This document shows positions 13,372 through 27,409 of a DNA stretch of 64,000 nucleotides, piece by piece. The position numbers were made by a program, and so were the translations under genes. This stretch comes from Azolla caroliniana (lineage: Eukaryota > Plantae > Polypodiophyta). The notes under the pieces are model-generated. The model was not told where the DNA came from. It searched no databases and was given only the letters and a program-made list of their open reading frames with translations. Where the stretch lies: assembly GCA_043228905.1 (NCBI GenBank), contig JBHGNT010000015.1:17484001-17548000 (forward strand). The letters run 5' to 3'. Within the stretch, counting starts at the first letter, position 1. Each line of letters starts with the position of its first letter.

Positions 13372-14637
13372 TTTCTGGTCCGGGGTAAGGTGGAACGACG
13401 CTCCGGAGTCGACCACCCAGGTCATCTCGTCGCCGACAAGGTTTATCTCACTCTCCTCGGTGATGAGCATCAACTCTTCTTCACTTGTCGCGATTGCCGT
13501 CGTTCCCTTCCGGTCTATTCCCCTCCGGTCTTTACTGTTCCGGTTCGGTGTCTGCTTCGAATCGGTACCATCGGTTTCCTTGTCTTTTCAGAAGTGCCGA
13601 CAGTTCTTCTGGAAGTGTCCTGGCTTGCCGCAATAGAAGCAAGTAGGCCTCCCCCTTGACTTTGGCCGTGTCCCTGACTTTTTCCGGTTCTGGGGACTAC
13701 GGTTCCTTTGTCTTCCGCGTTCCGATTCGGTAAGGAGCGCTTTGGAGTCGGAGCTCGTATCCTTATCTTTCCGACGTACCTCCTCATCTAGCAAGCTCGA
13801 CTTCACTCTTGCTAGGGATAACCGTTTCCCTTCCGGCCCGGCATTGCCCAAAGTGACAACCAACGTCTCCCAGCTATCTGGGAGGGAACCGAGAAGGAGT
13901 AGCGCTAGTACCTCATCAGCGAGAGGTACTTCTAATGATGTTGTTGGGTGTATCAGCCCCTGGAAGGCATTCATGTGCTCCACCATGTTGGAGCCATCTT
14001 GGTATCGGAGTCTTACTAGCTTCCGGAATACCAAAACCTGATTAACATCATTTTTGTTCTGAAACATAATGTCGATCTTCTCCCAAAGCTCATGAGCCTT
14101 GCTCTCTTCATTGAAGTTGTTGTATAGACTCATGTCGATGAAGCACCGTATGTACGCCGTTGTCTTCATGTGCATCACCTCCCACATCGCGGCGTCGATT
14201 TTGTCCGGTCTCTTGTCCCCGAACTGAACCGGCAATCAAAGGTCTTTAACCACGAGCATGTCCCTCATCTTCGACTTCCACACCGAATAGTTGGAGTCGG
14301 TGAGCTTGAACATGCCTCCCAACGAATCATCCATTTTTCTCTGTTGCCTAGCTCTGATACCACTTCAACAGGAATACACACTCTCGATTAACAATGCTCG
14401 GCCACAACCGAGTCTAGGATCAAACACAGAAAACGGGTAATGCACGTACGACACAAAGGAGAGAAGAGTACACAGGATGTTTAACGTGGAAAACCCTGAG
14501 AAGGAAAAACCACGGGAGTCCACAGACTCCAAACTATCACTATATCACAATGATTACAACAGTGAGCTCACGGAGGCAACGACCTCGTGCTCATGATCTT
14601 CGCCCCAGGCAACAGTTACAACAGAGGCAACGGCCTC

Positions 14638-14707
<70 letters not shown>

Positions 14708-15182
14708 CATTGTTACGCGCTCTCTAGTCTTGCGCCAACAAGAATGACAACAACACAATACTGAGTTTGCCCTAAGTCATATTTATACTAGTATGACTTT
14801 TCGGCTATTTACAAATATAGCCCCGATGGACTCTCAGGAAACATATTTATGAATATGTCCCTTCATCCGGTAAGCACTTCTCACCGGGCCTTCACCATCT
14901 GGCTCTAGCCAGGTACTCTTCATCCAGTTCTCACCGAGTCTTCGGTAGTCAGGTACTCTTCATCCGGTTCTCACCGGGTCTTCTGTTGCCGGGTACTCCT
15001 CTTCCGGTTCTCACCGGGTCTTCCGTAGCCAGGTACTCTTCATCTGGTTCTCACCGGGTCTTCCGTTGCCGGGTACTCCTCTTCCGGTTCTCACCGGGTC
15101 TTCCGTAGCCGGGCAATCCACATCCGGTTTTCATCAGTACTGTTCTTCTCGCTTCCCATCCGGAGGGACCTGTTTCCTAACA
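13372..15182 (-). mobile_element. Truncated Copia-A (Tnt1/Tork-like): 5' LTR 14366-15182, iMet PBS 14351-14362, gag with zinc knuckle, start of protease
   Basis: ORF 13588-14235 has LLLLGSLPDSWETL and CFYCGKPGHFQKNC; near-identical to 23510-24480. Confidence 0.9.
14920..15130 (-). repeat. Tandem array, 40-bp unit x5, in a Copia-A LTR
   Basis: tccggttctcaccgggtcttccg recurs at a 40-bp period (14921, 14961, 15001, 15041, 15081). Confidence 0.92.
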
Positions 15183-15789
15183 CTATGCAGGCGGCAACAA
15201 CCACTTCATCCCTCTTCGGATCGTTCTATCTTCTTCAGGAATCATACCTCCATACTCCACTCCACTCTTCTACCTCAACCTCCTCGTGATGTTGCTGCTA
15301 TAACACAGGTATGGATCAAACACCCTCTCTCTCACACACGTAACCTTATAGGAAAAGATAGGAGAGGATTTATTTGGTCAGGACCAACCTTACTAATGTA
15401 GCAGTGATCTAGTGACTACCAATACCCCACTACATTATGTACATGTCTAGTTGTGTGTCATCCTATTTATCGTTCTATTGATATATAATGCAAACAATAG
15501 GATGTTTGTCGATGCATCACAAATAAAAGGCGTTCTTGTCGAAAGGTACTTCATTTGTTGTTCCACTTATTAGCATTTTGTGTGTAGTTACCATATATTC
15601 ATTTTGCTTGTTGGTCATAGCCTATAAGCCATTTTGTCCTCTTAAGCGATCTTAGTTTAATCTACCTAAGTTACTCATTCTTTTTTCTCCTCCTATATAT
15701 ATGTGGATCATATACATATAAGTATATGTATGTGGATCTTAGTTTTGTCAAAGAAGGGTTAGATCAAGATCTAACCCTTTCATTGGGAG

Positions 15790-16377
15790 TGTAGTTGTTG
15801 ATGTATATGGAAAATGTGGATTCTTGTGAGATGTTTTTTGTGTGTTTGAAAAATTTCCTGTTCAAGATGCTGTTCTATGGAAAAACCGCATCTCTAGCTA
15901 TGCAGATCAAGGATTTGTAGAGGGGGTTTTGGATTGTTAATTTGTTTGGAAAGAATGCACCTATTTGGTCTCAATCCGGATCCTAGAGCATTTGTATGTA
16001 GCTTGAAAGGTTGTAGTATTACAAGAACTGTTTAAATAGGGCAAAAGAGACATGGTGAACTTGTCGTTAGAGGATTGGAGGGAGAAATATATGTGGGTCA
16101 TACACTCATTGATATGTATGCAAAGTGTGTGCCTCTACTAGAAGCACATATGTTGTTTGAACAACTTCCAGTTCGCAATGTAATTCCATGGACTTCATTA
16201 ATCACAGGGTATACTAACAATGGGTTTATTGAAGAAGTATTATCTCTCTTGGAAGCAATGAAAAGAGACGGAATTGCTCCTGTTTCTATAACATTTTTGT
16301 GCATTTTTAGAGCTTGTGGATATGAAAGAGGAGCTTTAGGAACAAGTCAAGAAATGAACTCATTGGGCTTTGAAAAT
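15790..16377 (+). pseudogene. PLS-class pentatricopeptide repeat (PPR) gene relic, cut by a Copia-B LTR
   Basis: VGHTLIDMYAKC...AHMLFEQLPVRNVIPWTSLITGY...ITFLCIFRACG; the upstream repeats contain stop codons. Confidence 0.8.
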
Positions 16378-18958
16378 TGTTGAGCGAGCAAGCTCAAGTA
16401 GGGCCGAATTAGCTGAAGAAGCCGAGAGTTGGATCAGTTGGAGACTGATTAGCTAGGCTCGAATCAGATGGCCAAGTCGAATGGAATCCGATAGGCTGTT
16501 AAATAGGAATATTATAGGCAGAGTTGGTGTCAAGCTCAATTAATGAGCATTCAAGTACTTGTTAGTACTTGGGTCAGCCCACTCATCACGGCTTGTATAC
16601 AAAGTGCTCTCTGAGCACATTCGTTGTATTGAGTATCGAGTTTTTGTACTTAAAACTTTCTATTGTCTGCTCCACTCAATATCTTTCTCTCTCTCACTCA
16701 CTCTGTGTTTATCAAATTGTCGCGTTGCCGAATAACTTATTGTGTACTATGTGTTTATCGCATATACTTCCACACACGTATTCTTTTACAGGGTGTCAAA
16801 GCGCGAGGGTTGAGAATCCTCTGTAGTTGACAAAGCAAACAAGACAGAGACAAGGTTTTTCGTCTTCCAAAAAAAAGAGAGCAAGAACATGGACAAAGGT
16901 ATGGGAAGCTCGCTTCTGATAGAAAAGCTCGATAGGAGCAACTATACATCCTTGGGATACATGATGCACCAATATCTACTCGATCATGGATATTGGAGTT
17001 ATGTGGAAGGAGCAAATGAAGCAGCACTGGATTCGACACACAAAGATTTCTCGGCCCGGGAACATGCGGCAAGCAGAGTTATTTACTACTTTGCATCGTG
17101 TGTGAGTGATGAACTACTTAGCTACATCTAGGACACCAAAACACAAAAGGATTCTTGGGAAATCTGAAGAAGATTTTCACCACAAGTACGATGGCTAGGA
17201 AGCTACAGTTCAGGCAAGAGCTGAGCAATGTCTAACAGAGAGATATGTCGGTGGCTGACTATACCTCTAAGATAAAGGAGATCTGCTTCAATCAATGCTG
17301 CTTGTAGAGGAAAACCAAATAGGTGCGTTGATGAGCATGCATGCCGACAGTAAGATGTTGTACACGGATGCAGATAGGCCCCATGGTCATGGTGGACGAG
17401 GCGGGTTGGTACACAATGGAGGCGGCCGACTGGAGCAGAACTTGAGGCATAATCGAAATGCCGACAGTAGTTCCGGACCCTCCATGAGCAGGGAGAGCCA
17501 AGGTGGCGCCGGAAGTTGGCAAGGAAAGGTCGTGACAGACTATTGGCACTATGGCCGGAAGGGCCACAGAGAGAGCGAGTGTTGGAAGAAGCTCACCCAA
17601 TTCGGAACGAGCCGGATCGAGCCAAGGTGACGTAGATAGGCGTTAAAGATTGCACTACGCCGAAGGTTCAGGGCGAGTCGGTGTAGGAAATGGGTCCCTC
17701 CGGATGGGAAGAGAAGAGCCGAGTTGATGAGGAACTCGGCCAAGGCCGAAACCGAAATCGTGTAGATAGCCAACTCGGAAGACTATACTTGTAAATAGTC
17801 TAAATATGCCCTTATGGGCTACGCTTGTAAATAATCCAAAAGGTGTACTAGTATAAGTACTTAGGGCAATCACAATGTTATGATGAGTCATTGTTAAAAG
17901 TTACTTAGAAGGTGGTTGCCTTTGTAACTGTGTAATAGTAAGTGAGTGAGAGTGAGAGCATATGTAACTATGTAGCCGTCTGTTGACGAAGTAGAATCTC
18001 GAGGTCATTGCCTCAGAGCTTCTAGTTGTACTCCTCCTTTTAACATAGTGACTTTGTTTCTCGGGGTTTGTGAACCCACGTGGTTTTTCCCATTTTGGGT
18101 TTCCACGTTAAAATCGTGTGTTTCTGTCTCTTGTGCTATTTCTGTTTTCGTACTCTGTCTGACTGCATTCTATTTTACGTTCCCTGCATCCGAACATCCG
18201 AACGAGAAGCCGGTTGTGGCCGGTCACGATTTTCAACAATCAGAACGGGCCCAACCTTTGTAATGAAGCACAACACCAACTCGATGACGGTGAACACCTC
18301 AAAGTTGAACAAGGTGTGTTATGTGGATTCCGCAACATCAAACCATATGAAGAATCACAAGGAGTGGTTCTCAACACTGGAGAAGCCGGAAAAGCTGGGG
18401 GTTGTCAAAACTGGCAACAACACCCCTCACCCCACTGAACATATCAGAGATGTCCCTCTAAGCCATGTTGGTCAGAGAGGAACCATGAGAAATGTCTTGC
18501 ATGCGTTGACAATCACCAAGAACTTGGTGTCGGTCTGAGAAATTGTCGACAAGGGCATGCAAGTTCGATTTATTCATCTCAGGTGCTTCATTGAAGAAGA
18601 AGGCAAGATTATAACGCAAGGATGCCGAGAAGGGAGGATGTTTATCCTCGAGACAAACGACATAGGCACCGCTATGTTCGCCAAAGGGCAAAAACTCGAG
18701 TCGAACATCGACTTGTGGCACAAGTGATTCGGCCACGTGAACTTCCTGTGGCTTCAAGAGATGTAGACAAAAAACATTGTGTTCGGCTTGCCGAAATTTA
18801 GTGGCCAAAAGGGTCAAGTTTGCGAAGGTTGTTAGTTAGGGAAGCATCACCGACTTCCATTCCACAATGAGCGCAATCGGAGCCATAACAAGCTCGATTT
18901 GATTCACTCGGATGTGTGGGGCCCGATGCAGAACGTGAGTATCAGTGGGAGTCATTAC
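16378..18958 (+). mobile_element. Copia-B copy 1, 3'-truncated: LTR 16378-16790, degenerate PBS, gag, protease, integrase start
   Basis: MDKGMGSSLLIEKLDRSNY, CYVDSATSNHM; homologous to 45129-50833. Confidence 0.85.
17682..18238 (+). mobile_element. Copia-A-related solo LTR inside Copia-B copy 1
   Basis: Begins TGTAGGAAATGGGTCCCTCCGGATGGGAAG and ends TTCAACA. Flanks gtcgg/atcag differ by two G>A changes; the host frame resumes afterwards. Confidence 0.75.
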
Positions 18959-19992
18959 AACACTTATACCCCTTCTGTTCCTGTGAGTAGCCGACCAATA
19001 TGAACTTTTCTGACTTCGTGTACAACTTCTTCCTCTTTTCATCTAGCACATGCACATAGGCAATGTTACCGAATACCCTTAGGTGTTTGAAGTTTGGCTT
19101 TCACTCGAAATACAACTCATGTGCTGACACCTTCTCTCCGATCCGATTTTGGATGTCAATTGCTGAACTGCTTCGGCCCAATAAAACTTGGGCATGCTTT
19201 TCTCCTCCAGCATTGCCCTTGCCGCTTCCACAACCGATTGATTCTTCTGCTCGGCTATGTCGTTCTGCTCTGACGTATATCTAAACTTAATTCGCACCAG
19301 ATTCCCATCTGTTGTAGATAACTGTTAAACTGGTTGGAAAAGTATTCCTTTCTGCCATCCGACTATAGACACTTGATCTTCCGGTCTGATTCCCTTTCGA
19401 CAAGATTTTGTAAGTTCTGGAAACAATCGAAGAATTCACTCTTCTTTTCTATCAGTTAGATCCACGTGTGTTGGCTATAGTTGTCGATGAAGGAGACAAA
19501 GTATCGTCTCCCACCTAAGCTCACATTCTGTGCCGGTCCCCATACATCTGAATGCATCAAGTTGAGCTTGTTCCGGCTTCGATTACGCTTGTTGGGCAAT
19601 GGAAGTCGGTACTTCCCTAGCTGCAGGCTTCACAAATTTGGGCCTCCGGCTACTAAATTTCGGCAACCTGAACACAACTTGTTTTGTTTGCAACTCCTGA
19701 AGCCTTTGGTAATTGATGTGGCCGATCTGGTTATGCCACAAGTCAATATTGAATTCGACTTTTTGTCCCTTGGTGAACAATGCGGTGCCGACTTCATTCG
19801 TGTCAAGGATGAACATCCTCCCTTCCCGGTGCCCTTGCGTGATGATCTAACCCTCTTCTTCGATGAAGCACCCGAGGTGGGTGAACCAGACATGCATCCC
19901 TTGGTTAGCGATCTATTCGACCGACACCAAGTTATTCGTGATTGTCGGAACGTGCAAAACGTTCATCAGTCTTCCCTTCTGTCCAACATGAC

Positions 19993-22081
19993 TGTTTATC
20001 CTAGGCTGGACCTAGCCACAAACACAGGGTGTCCATTCCAAAACAATTCACCAAAGGGGTGGTTAGGATATGGATGTTATTCGACGTTTATCTGATTCCG
20101 ATCCGACTATTTCCGGATACCTTCTGAATTACTCAATACGTCTCTGATTAATTATAACACGCGTAAGATTAATAATTAAAGCATAGAACGTTAGGTACAC
20201 AATAGCATTAAGATCAACACACTAATCTTGTATTACTTCTGTTTACTTTATACATTGACCTAGACCCTTTTATAGGCATCCGATAGAGCTCACAAAATGG
20301 TGCCTTACCGACTACCGGCAATCAATTGATGCGGATCCGGATCGGTACAACTATCCAGATCCATTCGTTCCTCTAATATTACTTAACTAATAATTATATT
20401 AATAATTATGCTCCGACTCGTTCCCATTCATACTACTCCGGAACATACTCCTAGGCCAACACATGGCACACCCTTGGGACGGTGCCTTGCACGTCGAACC
20501 CATGGGTTAGCTTCTTTAATCATCATCGAGTATGTCCAAAATACTCCGGTCCAAGGGTTCGAGTGGTTCTTCTTCCATCATCAACTGTTGCTACTCTGGT
20601 TGTTGTTGTTCTGGTTCGGCCCTCTTTGTTTGCTCCTCTCGTTGTGGCTCTAGCTATGTTTCCATCTGCATATCCGTCTCTGTTCCCGGTTGCTGTGGTG
20701 TAGAGGTCTTTGGCTCCGTTGATTGCTCCTCATCACTAATATTGATTTGTTCCACTCGTTGTTCAACTTCCTTCTGCCGTCGCTCCCGCTCATAGCCCTC
20801 GAACTATTGTTGCACGTCGAGTTGATCATCTTCAAGCCTGTTGATGAGCTTCCAGACAACCTCTACTTGAGTTTTGGCCATGTCAAAAAAATTGTCCGAC
20901 AGTTCTCGTTGGATGGTGACAATGCTTTCCTCATCCATTTTATAAAAATTGCCATCGGCCTTCTTCCAGTTTTCCGCATCTGCTTGGACCAGTTGGAGTT
21001 CCGCCGCTTGTTTCATACCACCATCGAACAATCATTTATCCTTGTTTTCGTCCAGTCCCTCCACACTCCGAAAATCATCCGGATTCTCTGGATGCCCATT
21101 TTTACTTTGTCTTCGGTGGCCTCCTTTTCGTGCTTTAGCTGTTTGATAAGATCCATGGTTGCCGTTGCTTGTATTTCATATTTCATCAGCTTGGTTTGGT
21201 AGGTTGTTTGCTCGTTCTAACTCTTGATAGTGTTGCAACACGAGCTCCATGCATTCCTTTGCTGCTTCCTCCAACACCTTTGTTGTTGTCTCAGCCATCA
21301 TCCTGCCTTGCTCCATCGGTGCCTCTGTTTTCTCTTTCAATTCTGTTTGAGCCTCCTTGAGCTTCTTCTACTGCTGGTCATAGTCCGACCCCAACTTCTT
21401 GTGGTTCGTATCCAACTACTTATGATCCCGATACAGCTTTTCAAAGTCCTCCGTTTTCTGCTTTTGGCACCGTTTGACTTGTGATCGCAATTGATCATCC
21501 CGGTCCTTTTGTTGCCAGATTTCTTCCTTCCATTCGCCAGAGCTTGTCTTTTTCTTGAAGTTGGCTTTCTTTTTCCTCCTTTAGCCGGTTCGTGTTGCTC
21601 TGTGTCTTCCGGAGACTTTCCTCGGTTCTCCGTTTTTCCTCCTCGGTTGTTTGTCACGTCTCGTTCTCTTTCTCGTATTACCTCTTGTGCAACCAATTCG
21701 TCCTTGATCGCTTGTATTTCCTTCTCCCACTCACGCTCATTTACCGATGTTGCTCTAGCCACTAGTTTTGTCTCCTTTGCCGGATCCTTTTCTTTTGTTC
21801 CTCTTGGTTCTGCCAGATTTCTTTTTGAGCTAGTGTTTTGGCCCATGTTTGCCATAATGGCCGCTAATTCCTTGGCCCTGGCCAACTCCTCTAACCTCCG
21901 GGCCTTTTCTAACTCTTCCGTTGCTGCCAGCAACTGTTGTGCCTACTCTGGATCCTGTCTCTATTGTACGTCCATTCGGTTAGACACACTCGCAACCTAC
22001 TTGCGTAGCCACTCCAACCATTGTCGGCAGGTTCCGTGTTGTGTGAGTACAACGAACTACTTGCATAATCCTAGGCCAATA
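19993..22081 (-). mobile_element. Internally deleted Gypsy-E relative: 3' LTR 19993-20461, 3' part of the extra ORF, only ~13 bp of the other LTR
   Basis: ATGAC TSD at 19988-19992 and 22082-22086. LTR is similar to 26373-26805; peptide QAAELQLVQAD is homologous to the 27067-27409 peptide. Confidence 0.85.
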
Positions 22082-25000
22082 ATGACTCAGGATGCGAGGT
22101 GCCATCACTGGTTTTGACGACTCCCGGTTGTTCCGGTTTCTCAAAGTATGAGAAGCATTCTTCGTGGCTCGTCATATGATTCAATGCTCCTAAGTCGACA
22201 TACCACATCTCATTTGGTTTTGAGGTGGTCTTCTTCATCGAATTTGCCTTGTGCTTCATCACAAAGGTTGGCCCTTTCCCAGTTTTGGGTCCTTCCGACC
22301 CTTTAGCGTAGTGTGATAGCTGTCGATTCCCATGTTCGGCTTTGCTCGATACGGATTTATCTGAATCAACCTTCTTTTCCAATACTCGCTTTCTCTATGG
22401 TCTTTCTTGCCACAATACTAGCATTCTGTGTCAGCCTTTGGTTGCTGGTTTTTGACGCCGCCTTGACTCCCCCACCTCGTGGAGGGTTCAGAACTATTGT
22501 CAGCATGTCGATTATGCCTTTGATTTTGCTCTTGTCAACCACCACCATTGTGTGCCAATCCACCTCGTCCGCCATGACCACAGGGCCAATCCGCTGCCAT
22601 GTACGTCATTTGGCTGTCAGATTGCACACTCTTCGACACATCTGAGTGGTTTTCTTCGATCATAAGCATCGATTGCAGATTGGAGAATGACGATGGTTTC
22701 TCCCTTGTGCAAATAGTCGTCCGAATTGGCCCGTACCTTTGTGCTAGAACACCGAAGCAAATCTATACCATCTCATCTTCGTCCACTGTCACATTGATGA
22801 ACCCTAGTGTATCACAAAGCTCCTTGATTTTGGTGGTGTTGTCGGTCACCGTGATATCCCTCTATTGGATATTGTTGAGCTCTTGCCAGAGCTACAACTT
22901 GTTAGGAAACAGGTCCCTCCGGATGGGAAGTGAGAAGAACAATGCTGATGAGAAACTCGGCCGAGGCCGAATCCGGATGAAGAGTACCCAGCTACGGAAG
23001 ACCCGGTGAGAACCGGATGAGGAGTACCCGGCAAGAGCCGGATGGTTAAGGCCCGGTGAGAAGTGCTCACCGGATGAAGGGACATATTCATAAATATGTT
23101 TCATGAGAGTCCATCGAGGCTATATTTGTAAATAACCGAAAAGTCATATTAGTATAAATATGACTTAGGGCAAACTCTTTTAGTGTTGTTGTAATTCCTA
23201 TTGGTGCGTGATTTGAGAGCGCGTAACAGTGTACAGAGAGACAGAGAGGGAAGAAGAGGTCGTTGCCTCTGTGTTCATCTTTTGTAGATTGTTACATAGT
23301 GATAGTTAGCAGTCAGTGGACTACCATGGTTTTTCCTGTGTTTGGGTTTTCCACGTAAACATCCTGTGTTCTCTCCTCTCCATTGTGTCGTGTATTCATT
23401 CCCCATTTTTCTATGTTTTGATTCTAGGCTCGGTTGTGGCCGAGCGTTGTTCATCCGGAGCGTGTAGTTCCTGTCAAAGTGGTATCAGAGCGAGGCAACA
23501 CAGAAAAAATGGACGATTCGTTGGGAGGCATGTTCAAGCTCACCGACTCCAACTATTCGGTGTGGAAGTCGAAGATGAGGGACATGCTCGTGGTTAAAGA
23601 TCTTTGGCTGCCGGTTCAGTTCGGGGACAAGAGACCGGACAAAATCGACGCCGCGATATGGGAGGTGATGCACATGAAGACAACGGCGTACATATGGTGC
23701 TTCATCGACATGAGTCTATACAACAACTTCAATGAAGAGAGCAAGGCTCATGAGCTTTGGGAGAAGATCGACATTATGTTTCAGAACAAAAATGCTGTCA
23801 ATCAGGTTTCGGTATTTCGGAAGCTAGTAAGACTTTGGTACCAAGATGGCACCAGCATGGCGAAGCACATGAATGCCTTCCAGGGGCTGATCCACTAGGC
23901 AACATCATTGGAAGTACCTCTTGCCAATGAGGTACTAGCACTACTCCTGCTTGGTTCCCTCCCAGATAGCTGGGAGACGTTGGTTGTCACCTTGGGCAAT
24001 GCCGGGCCGGAAGGGAAACGGTTATCCCTAGGAAGAGTGAAGTCGAGGTTGCTAGATGAGGAGGCGCGTCGGAAAGATAAGGACACGAGCTCCGACTCCA
24101 AAGCACTCCTTACCGAATCGGAACGCGGAAGACAAAGGAATCGTAGTCCCCAATACCGGGAAAAGTCGGGGACACGGTCAAAGTCAAGGGGGAGGCCTAC
24201 TTGCTTTTATTTCGGCAAGCCGGGACACTTCTAGAAGAACTGTTGGCATTTCCGAAAAGACAAGGAAATCGACGGTACTGATTCGAAGTGGACACTGGAC
24301 CGGAACGGTAAAGACCGAAGGGGAACGGACCGGAAGGGAACGACGGCAATCGCGGCAAGTGAAGAAGAGTTGATGCTCATCACCGAGGAGAGTGAGATAA
24401 ATCTTGCCGGCGACAAGATGACCTGGGTAGTCGACTCCGGAGTGTCGTTCCACCTTACCCCAGACCGGAAATGCTTCTCATCCTACTCAGCCGGTGATCA
24501 CGGCTGTGTCTGGATGGGGAATGAAGGTACATGCCGAATTGTCGGCATAGGAGACGTGTGGCTGACAACACCAACCGGATGCAAGCTGCTGTTGAAGGAT
24601 GTCCGGCACGTTCCGGAGGTTCGTCTGAACCTGATATCAGCCGGTCGGCTAGATGATGAAGGCTACACGGGTAGCATCCGGAATGGTGTTATGAAGTTCA
24701 GCAAAGGGAGCTTGATTGTGGCTCGGGCTCGGAAGGTTAACGCGCTGTACCTGATGAATGCCCGATTATGTCTGGAGGAAGTGAACGTTGCATCCGACAC
24801 TGCCGGTGAGCTGTGGCACAAAAGGCTGTGTCACATGAGCGAGAAGGGGATGAAGAGGCTTGCAAACGACAACCTCATTCTTGTGAAGAACGTGCACTTG
24901 GAGAAGTGCATTGATTATCTGGCCGGTAAGAAAAACCGGACCTCCTTTCGACCAAGGCCACCGATGAGACGTAATGCACCACTAGAGTTGGTGCATAATG

Positions 25001-27409
25001 ATGTGTGTCAAGTGGACACGAATTCACATGCAGGATCGCACTACTTCGTGACGTTCATAGATGACCACAGCTGGAAATTGTGGGCCACTCCGTTGAAGAC
25101 GAAGGATCAGGTGCTATCCGTCTTCAAAGAGCTCCACGCGAGAGTGGAAAGAGAAATCGGCCGGAAGCTAAAGGCGGTTCGAGCAGATAACAGAGGTGAA
25201 TACTGGGGGTAGTTCGAGGTGTACTGTCGCTCGAAGGGAATCCGGCTCGAATTTACTGTGCCGAAGACGCCAGAACTAAACGGGCTGGTCGAGAGGATGA
25301 ACCGGACCATAATGGAGAGGGTCTGGAGTATGCTAGCGCATGCAAAACTACCCAAGAAGTTTTGGGCTGAGGCACTGTCGACGACGACAGTACCCTTGGA
25401 CGGAGACACGCCACAGAGAGTCTGGACCGGTAAGGAAGTGTCCTACCGGCATCTGAAGGCATTCGGGTGTCTCGCGTACGTGCATGTAGCTAAGGACCGG
25501 AGAGGAAAGTTGGATCCAAAGACCCGGCCATGCATATTCCTTGGTTACGGCGACGATGAGTTCGGTTACCGAGTGTGGGACCTGGTCGACAAGAAGGTAT
25601 TCCGAAGTCGAGATATTATCTTCATGGAGGACAAGACGCTCGCCGACTGGGAGTAAGAGAAGAAGATAATGAACTCCGAGTCGACCGGTAAAGATCGATT
25701 CTACGATGAGCAGACCCAACCGGAAAGAGACCGGTTAGCACTCGAGGAACCAGCCGGTTACGGTGAGGATACCGAACCGGCAGAAGAAGAAGTAGAGGAA
25801 GCTAAAACCGGAACCGGCCAAGACCCCGAATCGGATTCGGATGAAGATCAAATAGTGGAGCCGGTTGCCGAAGGCCAAAGACGGAGATATCCTCTCAGAG
25901 AGAGAAGGCCCCCCCGAAGATTTCCGGATTCAGAGCATGTGCTGCTGACCGATGAGGGAGAACCGGAAAGCTTCGAAGAAGCGAAGGATGACACCCACAG
26001 CCGCAAATGGTTAAGTGCCATGCAGGATGAGATGGATTCCCTACATGAGAACCATACGTATGAATTGGTGGAGTTGCCGAAAGGAAAGCGGGCACTCCAA
26101 AATAAGTGGGTGTACAAGTTGACACCGGGAGATGCCAGAAACCCCCCGAGATACAAAGCCAGGATCGTGGTGAAGGGGTTCCAGTAGAAGAAGGGCGTGG
26201 ACTTCGACGAGATATTTTCCCTGATAGTAATGATGACCTCCATCCGGACGGTGCTGAGTATAGCGGCAAGCATGGACCTCGAGGTAGAGCAGCTGGACGT
26301 GAAGACGACATTCCTTCACGGTGACCTCGAAGAGGAGATCTATATGCAGCAATCGGAAGGATTCGTGGAGAATGTTAACTCTTAGGGCCGGACAATGGCC
26401 TAACACAGGGTGTCTACGGAAGACACTTCACCAAAGGGGTGTTACGGCAACAGGATTAGACTCAACGATTAATCCGACTTAATTAGGTTACTTAGCATGA
26501 TCGTCCTTAATATTCACACGCGTAAGATATAACAATGAATGCAGAACGACAATTAACACAGAAAGATAACAACACTAAGCTTTATTAATTAACCGCTACC
26601 CATTACATTGTATCCGGGCCTTTAAATAGGTTTCCGGTCTGTAGTACAAAACGGTGCCATCTGCACCTATTCGGGATCGGTCCGGATCCGGAACGGCATA
26701 CCGATTCCGGTCCGTCCGTCCACACTCATAGCTTACTTACAACCATTCCTACTAATTAAACAACTCCCCGTTTCACACTCTAGACTCCTTTGCCGGCCGG
26801 TAACACATGGCACGCCCTTGGGACAGTACCTTGTACGTCGAATTCACATCCGACCCTTGCTATTCTTCGTCCAAAATATCTAGAATGCTTTGTTCGAGAG
26901 TCTCCAATGGTTCATCTGGAATTGGTTGTTGTTGCTGCTCTGTTGATGGCTGTTGCGACGGGTCCTTTGGTGGCTACTGCGGCTGCTCCTCCGTTTGTTG
27001 CTCTAACACCGGCGTTTCCGTCGTTACTCCCTCCATCATAGTGGTCTCCGGTTGACTGGTTCTGGCCTAGCCCTCGACTTGCGACGATTCCTCATCACTA
27101 AGGTTAACCGTTGCTGTTTCTTCCCGAACCTGGGACCGCTTGTAGTTTTCAAACTGGATTTGAGAGTCCAGCCTATCATCGTCTAGCTGAGCTACAAGGT
27201 GCCGGACTTGCGCCAGTTGTTCATCTGCCAAGACTTGGAAGTCGTCGGCCAGCTCGTCCCGTATGGCGGTGAAGTCCTCGGAAGTCAACGTGTAACAATC
27301 ATCTCCTTCCTTCCGCCGGTTTGCCACGTCTGCCCGTAGCAATTGGAGTTCCGCCGCGTTTTGTGCCCACTTTGTCCACCATCTTACGGAGCTTTCGTCA
27401 ATCAAGCGT

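Noticed and set aside
16075-16383. Functional PPR gene
   Set aside because: Upstream repeats contain stops and the 3' end is cut by an LTR.
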